64,000 bases of DNA from Thermodesulfobacteriota bacterium (GCA_039715015.1 JBDLIE010000005.1:5575-69574); one strand, 5' to 3'. Numbered from the stretch's first letter, positions 52,046-61,087 are shown. Program-made: numbers and translations. Notes: generated from the sequence alone by a model not told the origin.

Positions 52046-53348
52046 ACGACTAAGGCGAGTGCGGAAGACGACCCTTCTTCATTTGGCCATGGAGGCCAAG
52101 AACACCCTGCTGAAGATAGAAGAAGAGTTTCCCGATAACCCGGCGGCAATGGACTACTTCTACACGCTCTATAAGGATGTATTCAACGACGAGCCGAAGC
52201 TGCCCACCGATAAGAAAATTATCGGGACGATGTGCGTCCAGGTCCCCCAAGAGCTTATACATGCTGTTGGGGCATTCCCCTTACGGTTATGCAATGGGGC
52301 TAGTGCCTATGATCAGGTAGGTGCCGAGTTTATGCCTGCCAAGTCCTGCCCTGTGGTGCGGGCGACAATGGGCATGCTTCATGTCGACCAGGCGCTGTGG
52401 GGGGAATCCCTGCAGGCCGTCGTCATCCCTACCACCTGCGACCAAAAGAAAAAATCATGCCAGATTCTTGCCGATATGGGCTACCCAGTCTATGCCCTGG
52501 ACATGCCAGCGACCAAGGAGAGCGAGGCCTCTCGTTTTTATTGGCAGGAGTCGATAAAAAAATTCACCCTGGATATGCAAAAAATAACCGGGGTGAAAAT
52601 AACTGCAAAGCGTGTCCAGGCAGCCATAGCAAAAGTAGCCTCAGCATCATCCCTGTACCGGAAGTTGCAGGAATTGCGAAAATCTGATTATGCCCTGATT
52701 CTTGGCAAGGATATGTTTTTGGTCACCAATGCCTATTTTTTTGATGAAATTGATCGCTGGCAGCAGTCTGTCAGCCGGCTGGTCGCCGAATTGGAAGAAC
52801 GTAAACGAAACGGCTTTAGCGCCGGCAAGCGCCAGGCCCCACGCATCCTTTTTACCGGTTCGCCACCAATATTTCCCAACCTCAAGGTTCCCATTCTGGT
52901 GGAACAGGCCGGCGGGGTTATCGTGGCAGATGAAACCTGCTCGTCGGGAAGACTTCTCTATGATTCCGTTGCCTTTGATGAAGCAACTCTCAACGACATG
53001 ATTCCCGCTCTTGCCGACCGCTCCCTGAAGCCCTGCACCTGCCCATGTCTCACCCCAAACAAGGACCGGCTGCGGAAGCTCATTAACATGGCCAAAGAAT
53101 TTGAGGCCGATGGCGTTGTCTATCAGGCTTTTTCTGGTTGCCTCCCCTATGAAATGGAGCAGAAGCAGGTTGCCAAGGCCCTGGCCGAAGCCGAAGTGCC
53201 GATGCTATATGTTGAAACCGACTATAGCCCTGAAGATATGGGGCAGCTTTCCACACGGATAGAGGCCTTTATCGAATCGATCCTGGCCCGGAGAAGAAAA
53301 AAGAAGGTTGCCCAGCTTCATCAGAAGGCAGGTGAGGAAGGCTCGTGA
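52035..53348 (+). CDS. 2-hydroxyacyl-CoA dehydratase / BcrC-BadD / double-cubane-cluster-protein family FeS protein
   Basis: Family-typical C-terminus YSPEDMGQLSTRIEAFIESI, with dispersed conserved-looking Cys (KSCPVV, TTCDQKKKSC, DETCSSG, PCTCPC, FSGCLPY). The next gene is the matching activase. Confidence 0.7.
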   Translation: MENERLRRVRKTTLLHLAMEAKNTLLKIEEEFPDNPAAMDYFYTLYKDVFNDEPKLPTDKKIIGTMCVQVPQELIHAVGAFPLRLCNGASAYDQVGAEFMPAKSCPVVRATMGMLHVDQALWGESLQAVVIPTTCDQKKKSCQILADMGYPVYALDMPATKESEASRFYWQESIKKFTLDMQKITGVKITAKRVQAAIAKVASASSLYRKLQELRKSDYALILGKDMFLVTNAYFFDEIDRWQQSVSRLVAELEERKRNGFSAGKRQAPRILFTGSPPIFPNLKVPILVEQAGGVIVADETCSSGRLLYDSVAFDEATLNDMIPALADRSLKPCTCPCLTPNKDRLRKLINMAKEFEADGVVYQAFSGCLPYEMEQKQVAKALAEAEVPMLYVETDYSPEDMGQLSTRIEAFIESILARRRKKKVAQLHQKAGEEGS

Positions 53349-54160
53349 ACTACTTTGCAGGTATTGATATCGGTTCGACCTCGATAAAGATTGTTCTGGC
53401 CGACGACAATGAACAGATTGTTGCCTCAGATGTCTGTCCGACTGGCAGTTTTTTTCATAAAAATACCATGACTGCCTTTGCTGGTTTATTGACCCAAAAA
53501 AATATCGATCGCCAGGAGGTGGTCTATATCATTTCCACCGGCTATGGCCGTAAGCTTTTCAAAGAGTCCGACGAGACTATCAGCGAGATCACTGCCAATG
53601 CCATTGGCGCCCGTAAAATCGGTGAGCGCTATGGCCAGACACGGACAATCATCAATATTGGCGGCCAGGACTTGAAGGTAATTCTTCTTGATGACGAGGG
53701 CCATGTTAAAAACTTTGCCATGAACGACAAGTGTGCGGCTGGTACCGGCCGCTTTCTGGAGATGACTGCCCGCAACCTGGAGGTTGAGGTTGATGAGCTT
53801 GGTGACTTTCATGAAAGGTGCGCCACTATTCCGTTAATCATTAACAGCACCTGTACTGTGTTTGCCGAGTCTGAGATTATCAGCCTGCTCGCCAACGGTC
53901 ATGGCAAAGAAGAACTCATTACCGGCATTCACTATTCCGTTGCCAGAAGGGTAGCGCGTCTGGCAAAACGCCATGGCGTAGAGGACATGGTCTTCTTTGA
54001 TGGCGGGCCTGCCTTAAATCAGGGTCTTGTTAAGGCCCTGGAGGATGAGTTGATGCACCGGGTTGTTGTCCCCGACACTCCACAGATTACCACCGCCTAT
54101 GGTGCTGCCTTGTTGGCCAGGGACGCCTATCTCTGTGAAGACGAGGTGGTTAATGGCTGA
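53345..54160 (+). CDS. BcrA/BadF/HgdC-type ATPase activase (CoA-substrate-specific enzyme activase family)
   Basis: Acetate/sugar-kinase fold N-terminus GIDIGSTSIKIVL and NDKCAAGTGRFLE (bridging-cluster Cys region). 271 aa. Confidence 0.8.
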   Translation: MNYFAGIDIGSTSIKIVLADDNEQIVASDVCPTGSFFHKNTMTAFAGLLTQKNIDRQEVVYIISTGYGRKLFKESDETISEITANAIGARKIGERYGQTRTIINIGGQDLKVILLDDEGHVKNFAMNDKCAAGTGRFLEMTARNLEVEVDELGDFHERCATIPLIINSTCTVFAESEIISLLANGHGKEELITGIHYSVARRVARLAKRHGVEDMVFFDGGPALNQGLVKALEDELMHRVVVPDTPQITTAYGAALLARDAYLCEDEVVNG

Positions 54161-54758
54161 ACTCTTCAGCTTTCTCGGCCTCGGTGTACTGTACGGCTGC
54201 ACCATGTGTAGCTTTACCTGCCTGCCATACCTGGGCATCTATCTCATGGGTACTGGCCAGGGTTTTGGCGACGGGGTGCGGGCATCGTTTTTTTTTCTGC
54301 TGGGAAAGGTTTGCACCTATACCTTGTTCGGGGCCTTGGCCGGGGCCTTGGGGATGGTCCTTGATTTGAGCGCCACCCAGGGCAAGGTATTGGGCCTTGT
54401 CTTGATAACGACCGGTATTTTCTTGCCCTTTGTGGCCAGGAAGCAATGCCAGGGGACTTGCCGGCAATCAGGGAAAAGACTCTCTCTCTTTTCCCTGGGC
54501 ATGGCCACCAGTCTGTTACCATGCCCGCCCTTGGCTGCGGTTTTTCTTGTGGCTGCCCAAAAAGGCTCCTGGCTCCTGGGGGCAGGATACGGAGCGCTGT
54601 TCGGTCTGGGCCTTTTTGTGTCGCCGCTCCTGCTGGCTGGAGGAGGGCTGGCCCATATAACAAAGACAATCCAGTTTGAAGCAAAGGGATTCACCCCCTA
54701 CCTGCAGGGTATTTCCATGTTGATAATAGTAGTGATTGGTCTGCGAGTTTTTATCTAA
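54153..54758 (+). CDS. DsbD_2/CcdA-like polytopic membrane protein
   Basis: Six hydrophobic segments. Cys-rich first helix GCTMCSFTCLPYLG and LLPCPPL later. The assignment is tentative. Confidence 0.4.
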   Translation: MAELFSFLGLGVLYGCTMCSFTCLPYLGIYLMGTGQGFGDGVRASFFFLLGKVCTYTLFGALAGALGMVLDLSATQGKVLGLVLITTGIFLPFVARKQCQGTCRQSGKRLSLFSLGMATSLLPCPPLAAVFLVAAQKGSWLLGAGYGALFGLGLFVSPLLLAGGGLAHITKTIQFEAKGFTPYLQGISMLIIVVIGLRVFI

Positions 54759-54764
54759 GGGGGA

Positions 54765-55199
54765 ATGGCTATGGAATGGCTTAAGGATGTCATTGATTAT
54801 GGAATAATTGGTTTCTTGCTGGTGATGAGTGTGGTTGCATGCGCCATCGCCATAGAAAGGTTCTTGGTTTTTCGTTCTATCAGGCTTGACGACTACCCCA
54901 ACAAGCAGCTCTTGCAGATTGAGCTCACCAAAAAGCTGCATGTCATTGCGATCATCGGCAGCAATGCCCCCTATTTGGGTCTGCTTGGCACGGTCCTCGG
55001 TATTATGCTGACCTTCTATAATCTGGGCCGGGAAGGCTTTATGGATACCAGCGAGATAATGGTGGGTTTGGCCTTGGCCCTGAAGGTAACAGCTGTTGGC
55101 TTGGTCGTGGCGATTCCGGCCGTTTTTCTTTATAATATGCTGCTGCGCCAGGCAAAGGTGCTGATGTTGCAATGGGAGAGTACCCATGGACGAGACTGA
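54765..55199 (+). CDS. exbB: ExbB (MotA/TolQ/ExbB family)
   Basis: IGSNAPYLGLLGTVLGIM and ALKVTAVGLVVAIPAVFLYN. Confidence 0.85.
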   Translation: MAMEWLKDVIDYGIIGFLLVMSVVACAIAIERFLVFRSIRLDDYPNKQLLQIELTKKLHVIAIIGSNAPYLGLLGTVLGIMLTFYNLGREGFMDTSEIMVGLALALKVTAVGLVVAIPAVFLYNMLLRQAKVLMLQWESTHGRD

Positions 55200-55566
55200 G
55201 TTCAATACCTTGAATGTGATCCCCCTCGTCGATGTGATGCTGGTCTTGCTGACCATTGTTTTGATGACATCGACTTTTATTGCGGTGGGCGGACTTTCCA
55301 TTGAATTGCCGCAAGCCGCCGGGGAAAAAGTGGAAATGTTAAAGACGCTGACCATCGAAATAGATAGTGAGGGCACCATATTTCTTGAGGCCGCGGCAAT
55401 ATCACTTGCCGGGTTGACTGATTCCTTGGCCGGAACCGATAAGGAGACACCCCTAATCATCCGGGCCGACAAGAAATTGGCCTTACAACATTTTGTTGAG
55501 GTGATGAGTGCGGCAAAGGCTTTGGGTTTCACCAAGGTAAGCCTGCAAACCGAGGTGACCTCATGA
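55186..55566 (+). CDS. exbD: ExbD
   Basis: LNVIPLVDVMLVLLTIVLM signature. 126 aa. Confidence 0.85.
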   Translation: MDETEFNTLNVIPLVDVMLVLLTIVLMTSTFIAVGGLSIELPQAAGEKVEMLKTLTIEIDSEGTIFLEAAAISLAGLTDSLAGTDKETPLIIRADKKLALQHFVEVMSAAKALGFTKVSLQTEVTS

Positions 55567-56297
55567 ATTATCAAGGCTGGGGCTTAGGAATATCCATGAT
55601 GCTCCATGGCCTTTTGGCCTGGGGGCTGTTGAGCACAATTACCACTTCCACCCTGAATCCCTTGGACGGCAAGAGCCGGATAAGCCTTGATTTCTGCCTG
55701 CTGCCTCTCCAGGCGGTGGTGCTGGCACAAAGCTCACCATCTCCGCCCCAACCTAGGAAGGTGGTGAAAAAAAAACCAGCCACGCCTGTCAAGGTGCGGG
55801 AGATAGCCAAACCTGAAGCCAGCAAGAAAAAAACTGTCGTTGCCGAAAAACAACCCGATCCGGCCCAGGTTGCCCCGGCACTGGCTGAAGAACGGCTGGT
55901 TGCCAAACAGGAAGTTGGAGCTGAAGATTTGCCGCCAGCCGGCTTTAGCGAGGCTGGGCCGGGCACGGCTGACGAGGCTGCCACCGTTCCGCAGGCTTCT
56001 CTGCAAGCCGCCAAACGGCAGCAGTATGTTGATACCTATTTTTCTGATATCTGCCAAAAGATACAGCAAAACATGCGTTATCCCAAACTAGCCCGCCGTA
56101 TGGGCCTGGAAGGGAAGGTTGTGGTCTCATTTATGGTTCATAAAGATGGCAATATTGATGATGTGCGTATAGTGCAAAGCTCCGGGGTGAGAATTCTTGA
56201 TAAAAACGCCATTGATACCATAAAAAATACGGCCCCCTTTCCGAAGCCGCCGATCACTGCCGAGTTGATTGTGCCGATCAAATACGGTTTGGTCTGA
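55563..56297 (+). CDS. tonB: TonB energy transducer
   Basis: N-terminal anchor, Pro/Lys-rich spacer (PSPPQPRKVVKKKPATPVKV), and C-terminal TonB domain (YPKLARRMGLEGKVVVSFMVHKDGNI..VRIVQSSG..LD). Confidence 0.85.
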   Translation: MNYQGWGLGISMMLHGLLAWGLLSTITTSTLNPLDGKSRISLDFCLLPLQAVVLAQSSPSPPQPRKVVKKKPATPVKVREIAKPEASKKKTVVAEKQPDPAQVAPALAEERLVAKQEVGAEDLPPAGFSEAGPGTADEAATVPQASLQAAKRQQYVDTYFSDICQKIQQNMRYPKLARRMGLEGKVVVSFMVHKDGNIDDVRIVQSSGVRILDKNAIDTIKNTAPFPKPPITAELIVPIKYGLV

Positions 56298-56684
56298 AAC
56301 CGTTGATCCTTGCAGGTCTTCTTGCCTGTAATCCCATGGCAGGTAATGTAACTGCCTGCTGTTAATGGCTTTTTCCAAGACTCTCATTTCATCGACTTAG
56401 ATACAAATCCAAAGACCTGGCAGGTATCGGCTAGGTGCTTGGATTTTGTGGTACTTGAGCGAGAATCAAACTCGAACGGGCGCAATGTCAAACCGCTTTG
56501 AAAATTAACCTCTCAACCGCGTCCAATTTTGCCCCCTTATTTTAAACAAAAGAGATCATTTTCTGTTTTTCAACCTCCAATTCTCCCTTGTGAAGAGTGT
56601 CATTGCAGGGCCAATCAGCAACCGGTTCTTTACGGAGCGTCAGGGGCTCAGTCGGGGTGATTCTTGCCAAGGCGGTTGGCTCCT

Positions 56685-56979
56685 ACTCTCTGGCAATGGT
56701 GCGGTGTCACTCGCTTAAGGATTGCTGAATGTGCGAGACGAAAAAGGTCGTTAAAATTGCACTTATGGCAGAAGCAAGCTCCATACCCTATAGATGAAGG
56801 TCCATATTCAAGGTAGTAATAGTGCAAACCTGCTGGAAAAGAAATGAACCGATCTTGATCGTAAGAATTTGGCTGGCCACGGCCCACCAACGTAATTTTA
56901 GCAGCCACAAGAGACCAATTCGCTTGGTGTTATGAGTATTTTGCTAAGGATTCAGTCTGCTTAGAAAAGTGGGATCCAT
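56685..56979 (-). pseudogene. decayed, internally deleted copy of the regB-type kinase 5' region
   Basis: The minus strand translates to MDPTFLSRLNP*QNTHNTKRIGLLWLLKLRWWAVASQILTIKIGSFLF-QQVCTITTLNMDLHL*GMELASAISAILTTFFVSHIQQSLSE*HRTIA. The intact kinase reads ...RSIGLNWLVKLRWWAVAGQILTIAIGSFFF...QQVCNITNFNMDLHLQGMWFAYAVSAVLITFFASRIQQSLRDYHRTIA. The copy has three in-frame stops and lacks about 340 bp (46567-46905 equivalent). Confidence 0.8.
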
Positions 56980-57106
56980 TGTGTTTGGTTGAGGTGGAAG
57001 GGAAGGTGTCGACTGAATCAAAATCAGCACATCAACCTCAAGCCCGCCAACCACCTAAGGGACACTTTCTCAATATCTTTTGGCCAAAAGGATCAACGAG
57101 ACTTAT

Positions 57107-57121
57107 GCGACAATTTGCCAC
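57107..57121. promoter_or_regulatory. GCGACAATTTGCCAC box upstream of the TorD/molybdoenzyme operon
   Basis: Identical to 47178-47192. It is embedded in a roughly 60-bp block (57104-57163) that is homologous to 47175-47235. Confidence 0.6.
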
Positions 57122-57318
57122 ATTTTCCCTGCCGCTAACTTGTGTTAAGGAGAATCGTTTACAAGGAAAAGGTGAATTGGCCTAAGTATGCAATGCTTAT
57201 ACAAAATTCATTCTCTTATTTTTTTTAACGAGTATGTAAAGCTCCTTTGAATATTTGATTCTCATTTTTTTTATTTTGTAATGAGTACACCAATATATTC
57301 TGACAACCACGGTATCTT

Positions 57319-57870
57319 ATGTCAGCAGCAGACGAGCCAATCAGGCTTGCAGAAATCTATCGTTTCCTGGCGCAGACCATGCGCTATCCAGAGTCATCAT
57401 GGTTCCATGATGACTATCTCTCTGTTTTTAAAGAGATGCTCGTTCAGCTTGAGTGGCAAGATAACGTCAATGCCCTTCCTGAGAGGATTACTGACGAGAT
57501 CCTTGAAGAGATTCAGGTTGATTACACCCGCCTTTTTATCAATGCCGTTCCTCATGTTATAGCCCCTCCTTATGCCTCGGTATATATCGATGGTACCTTA
57601 AATAGCACCACTGCTGATAAGACCCGCGAGTATTTCCGCCAGAAAGGCTTCGATACCACAAACACCGAGTTCCCTGACCATCTTGTTACTGAACTTGATT
57701 TCCTGTCCTTGCTTGAGGATGAGAGTGAGGGCAGTAGCGAAGAATTTTTAACCCAATATTTTCGCCCCTGGTTTGAGATGTTTCGCGATCTTGTTCTAAA
57801 AGAGGTTGAAGTTTCATACATCAAATCAGCCATTGAACTAATAGATTTTTTCACCACCAATGAGACCTAA
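57319..57870 (+). CDS. TorD/DmsD-family redox-enzyme maturation chaperone
   Basis: YRFLAQTMRYPE, DYTRLFINAVPHVIAPPYASVYIDG, and FPDHLVTELDFLS match the TorD-family pattern. Confidence 0.75.
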   Translation: MSAADEPIRLAEIYRFLAQTMRYPESSWFHDDYLSVFKEMLVQLEWQDNVNALPERITDEILEEIQVDYTRLFINAVPHVIAPPYASVYIDGTLNSTTADKTREYFRQKGFDTTNTEFPDHLVTELDFLSLLEDESEGSSEEFLTQYFRPWFEMFRDLVLKEVEVSYIKSAIELIDFFTTNET

Positions 57871-57970
57871 GCGGGCTGTGAACAGGCCGCTTAATATATG
57901 AGTCTACAAAGCATATTTTTTTTGAAGCTTACTGTTTCAAATAATTAAAACCTGAGGGAGGTAAGAGAAT

Positions 57971-60175
57971 ATGGCTTTCAACTTAACAAGACGTAAATTC
58001 CTGCAAACGGCTTCGCTTGCAGCGGCTTCTGTGCCGTTGGCAAATGTTGTCGCTGCAGAGGCCGGCGTTGCCAAGTCGCCATTTACACCGTCTGGTACCA
58101 TTGCAGATAAAACTGCTGTTGGCGGTATCTGTGAGATGTGTTTTTGGCGCTGTCAGCTTGTCGGTAAGGTTCGTGACAACAAGCTCATGAAGCTTGAGGG
58201 TAACCCCAAGTCGATTGACAACGGCAAGGCGATTTGTGCCCGCGGTAATGCCGGTGTCCAGCTTCTTTATGATAAGGATCGTCTCAAGTACCCCATGAAA
58301 AATGTCGGTAAGCGTGGTGCTCCTAAGTGGAAGAGAATCTCCTGGGACGAAGCCCTTGATACCTGTGCCAAGAAGCTGAAAGCCACTGAGAAGAAGTTTG
58401 GCGCCAAGGGTATCTGTATGTTTCCCCATGGTGCTTCAGCCAAATATCCCATGCATTATTTTGAGAAGACAGTTGGTACTCACAATGTAAGTGAGGCCTC
58501 TTTCTTCCAGTGCCGTGGTATCCGTGACACTGCCTTTGTTAATACCATCGGAACCCCTCCAGGTGAGAATGTTGATATGGCAAACGCCAAGGTTATCTTT
58601 GCCCTTGGTGGCCATTTTGGCGAGAACGTTCATGTCTCCCATGTGAAGCGTTACCTGAAAGGCCTGGAGAATGGTGCCAAGCTGGTTATCGTTGATCCCC
58701 GTTTTTCCGCCTCTGCCGCCAAGGCTGATGAGTGGGTACCTGTTAAGCCTGGTACTGATACCGCTCTTATGCTCGGTATGATGAACTACATCATCAAAAA
58801 AGGTAAGCACAACAAGGCATTCATTGAGAAGCACGGAAGCGGTTTTGACGAGTTCAAAGAGGCTATTTCCGGCTGGTCCATTAAGAAGACCGCTAAGACC
58901 TGTGACGTTCCTGCTGATCAGATCAAACGCGTTGCTAATCTTTTGGCTGACAATGCTCCTAATGTATCAATCCATCCCGGCCGTCACGTAAGTTGGCATG
59001 GTAATGACTTCCAGCGTCAGCGCTCTCTTGGCTGTATGATGGGTCTGCTTGGCGCCATGGGGGTCAAGGGCGGATTTGTTAAGGGTAAAGGCCCTAAAGG
59101 TGTCGGCAAGGTGAGCTGGCCTAAAGGTGACCATCATGAAGAGGCCCTTCATGTCGCCGCAGATGTCCATCATTTCGCGCCTCCAGGAACACCCACTGAT
59201 CTGATTCGTGATGCGGCAATTACCGGTAATCCCTATCCGATCAAGTCCTGCGTTATCTGGGGCCAGAACCCTATGCAGACTATTCCGAACCAGAAAAAGA
59301 CCATCGATATGCTTAAGCAGATGGATTTTGTAATGTGTGTTGATGTTATGCCCACCGACATCACCATGTATGCTGATATCCTCCTGCCCGAGGGTTCGTA
59401 TCTGGAACGTTACGACTATATCAAGAAGGGTACTCAGTGGAACCTCTCCGGCAAACAGGAGCAGTATATCTCTGCTCGTATGCCAATGGTGAAGGCTGAT
59501 TTCGAACGTAAGGACCAGGTCTACATCACCAACGAAATAGCTGAACGTATGGGTTATGGTGATAAGATTCCTGTTAAGACTCTTCCCGAGATGGTTGATA
59601 AGCAGCTTGCCGGTGCCGGTCTTTCTATCAAGAAACTAGTTGCTGAAAATGGTATCCATGTCCAGCCAGGTAAAGATCCCTATGGTGTTTCCGAGGACCT
59701 GGAAGTCATCTTCAATAATGAAGAGATTGGCGAGCTCGGTTATCCGTCCTCACCGACCTATATTCCTGTTGAAGAGGTGCCATCCGGTCATTTTCGTCTG
59801 CTTTACGGTCGTTCACCTGTGCATACCTTTAACCGCAGTCAGAACAATGTTTGGCTCCATAACGCCATGCCTGAAAATCCTGTATGGCTTAATGATGCAA
59901 TGGCTGAAAAACTTGGTCTTAAAGATGGTGACCGGGTATATTGTGTTAACAGCGAAGGCGTGAAGTCTCGCACCACTACATCTGTCAAGGTCACCCCAGG
60001 TATCCGCAAAGACTGCGTATACATGGCCCATGGCTATGGTTCCATGAACCCTGCTTTGAGCGTTGGTGTGGGCGCTGGTATTGATGATCAGTCTCTGATC
60101 ACCAAGCTGGCTGTGGATCCAGAAACAGGTTGTCACGGTATGCGTAATAACTTTGTTAAACTGGTTAAAGCGTAA
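57971..60175 (+). CDS. Tat-exported molybdopterin oxidoreductase catalytic subunit (Psr/Phs/Sre/Arr-type)
   Basis: Twin-arginine signal LTRRKFLQTASLAAA. N-terminal FeS motif CEMCFWRC...CARG. The candidate Mo ligand is in the FFQCRG region. 734 aa. Confidence 0.85.
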   Translation: MAFNLTRRKFLQTASLAAASVPLANVVAAEAGVAKSPFTPSGTIADKTAVGGICEMCFWRCQLVGKVRDNKLMKLEGNPKSIDNGKAICARGNAGVQLLYDKDRLKYPMKNVGKRGAPKWKRISWDEALDTCAKKLKATEKKFGAKGICMFPHGASAKYPMHYFEKTVGTHNVSEASFFQCRGIRDTAFVNTIGTPPGENVDMANAKVIFALGGHFGENVHVSHVKRYLKGLENGAKLVIVDPRFSASAAKADEWVPVKPGTDTALMLGMMNYIIKKGKHNKAFIEKHGSGFDEFKEAISGWSIKKTAKTCDVPADQIKRVANLLADNAPNVSIHPGRHVSWHGNDFQRQRSLGCMMGLLGAMGVKGGFVKGKGPKGVGKVSWPKGDHHEEALHVAADVHHFAPPGTPTDLIRDAAITGNPYPIKSCVIWGQNPMQTIPNQKKTIDMLKQMDFVMCVDVMPTDITMYADILLPEGSYLERYDYIKKGTQWNLSGKQEQYISARMPMVKADFERKDQVYITNEIAERMGYGDKIPVKTLPEMVDKQLAGAGLSIKKLVAENGIHVQPGKDPYGVSEDLEVIFNNEEIGELGYPSSPTYIPVEEVPSGHFRLLYGRSPVHTFNRSQNNVWLHNAMPENPVWLNDAMAEKLGLKDGDRVYCVNSEGVKSRTTTSVKVTPGIRKDCVYMAHGYGSMNPALSVGVGAGIDDQSLITKLAVDPETGCHGMRNNFVKLVKA

Positions 60176-60221
60176 GACTTTATAAGCCTACGAGATACTC
60201 TATTAAGGAGGATTTACCGTT

Positions 60222-61022
60222 ATGCAATACGGAATGGTTATAGATTTAAATAAGTGTGTTGGCTGTCACGCCTGCACCATCGCCTGTAAAGCCGAGTGGG
60301 AAGTGCCGGCAGATAAGGGCAGAAACTGGGTTCATCGTCTGGGCCCTGCCAATACTCCCCATGGCCTGGCTTCCACTTACTATCCAGGTCTATGCAACCA
60401 CTGCAATGAGCCTGCCTGTGTTCCTGTCTGCCCTGCTGACACCGTTCAGAAGACCTTCAAGGACAAGAAAACCGGCAAGACCAAGAGCATGGAAGTGGCT
60501 GCAACATATAAAGATCCCTTTAACGGTACTGTTCAGATCGATAAGGAACGTTGCCTGGGTTGTGGTGCTTGTGCTGATGCCTGTCCTTACAGCGCTCGTT
60601 ATGTGAACGAGAACCAGATCAACGAGGAAATTGGCAGTGAAGGTACGGCTGACAAGTGCACTTACTGCATGCCCCGGGTAGAGAAGGGCCTTGAACCTGC
60701 CTGTGTTCAGACCTGTCTGGCTGGCGCTCGCATCTTTGGCGACCTGGATGATCCTAACTCTGCGCCTTCCAAGTACAAGAAGGATGGGGCCAAGAGTCTG
60801 TCGTCCGCCAAGGTCAATATTGGCTCTAACGGTCTCTATTACGGCAACAAACGTGATATGGCACTGCTAACCTCCATGTCAACTCCCCAGGAGATGCCGG
60901 AGGCCAATATGCGCCGTATCCTGATGGCTAAAATGAAGCCTGGCTTCAATAAGGCCAAAAAACTTGGCATGCTGGGCCTTGTTGGCGCAGTAGCTATGAA
61001 AGGAATGAGCGAAGAAGAGTAG
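60222..61022 (+). CDS. four-cluster 4Fe-4S electron-transfer subunit with C-terminal hydrophobic helix
   Basis: CVGCHACTIACK, CNHCNEPACVPVCP, CLGCGACADACP, and CTYC...CVQTC. C-terminal LGMLGLVGAVAM segment. Confidence 0.85.
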   Translation: MQYGMVIDLNKCVGCHACTIACKAEWEVPADKGRNWVHRLGPANTPHGLASTYYPGLCNHCNEPACVPVCPADTVQKTFKDKKTGKTKSMEVAATYKDPFNGTVQIDKERCLGCGACADACPYSARYVNENQINEEIGSEGTADKCTYCMPRVEKGLEPACVQTCLAGARIFGDLDDPNSAPSKYKKDGAKSLSSAKVNIGSNGLYYGNKRDMALLTSMSTPQEMPEANMRRILMAKMKPGFNKAKKLGMLGLVGAVAMKGMSEEE

Positions 61023-61047
61023 ACTCTTTAGATCTTTAGGCCTTGTA

Positions 61048-61087
61048 AGGCGTCCCCGGGGAATTTTTCCGGGGACGCCTTTTTTTA
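61048..61087 (+). terminator. rho-independent terminator of the molybdoenzyme operon
   Basis: aggcgtccccgg / ccggggacgcct stem followed by ttttttt. Confidence 0.85.

Noticed and set aside
56300-56684. Possible further remnant of a regA-like response regulator downstream of the kinase pseudogene
   Set aside because: Only a very weak resemblance was found by eye: KIQAPSRYLP against KLGAIGYLTKP. That is not enough to call, and a sensitive tBLASTn or profile alignment would be needed.
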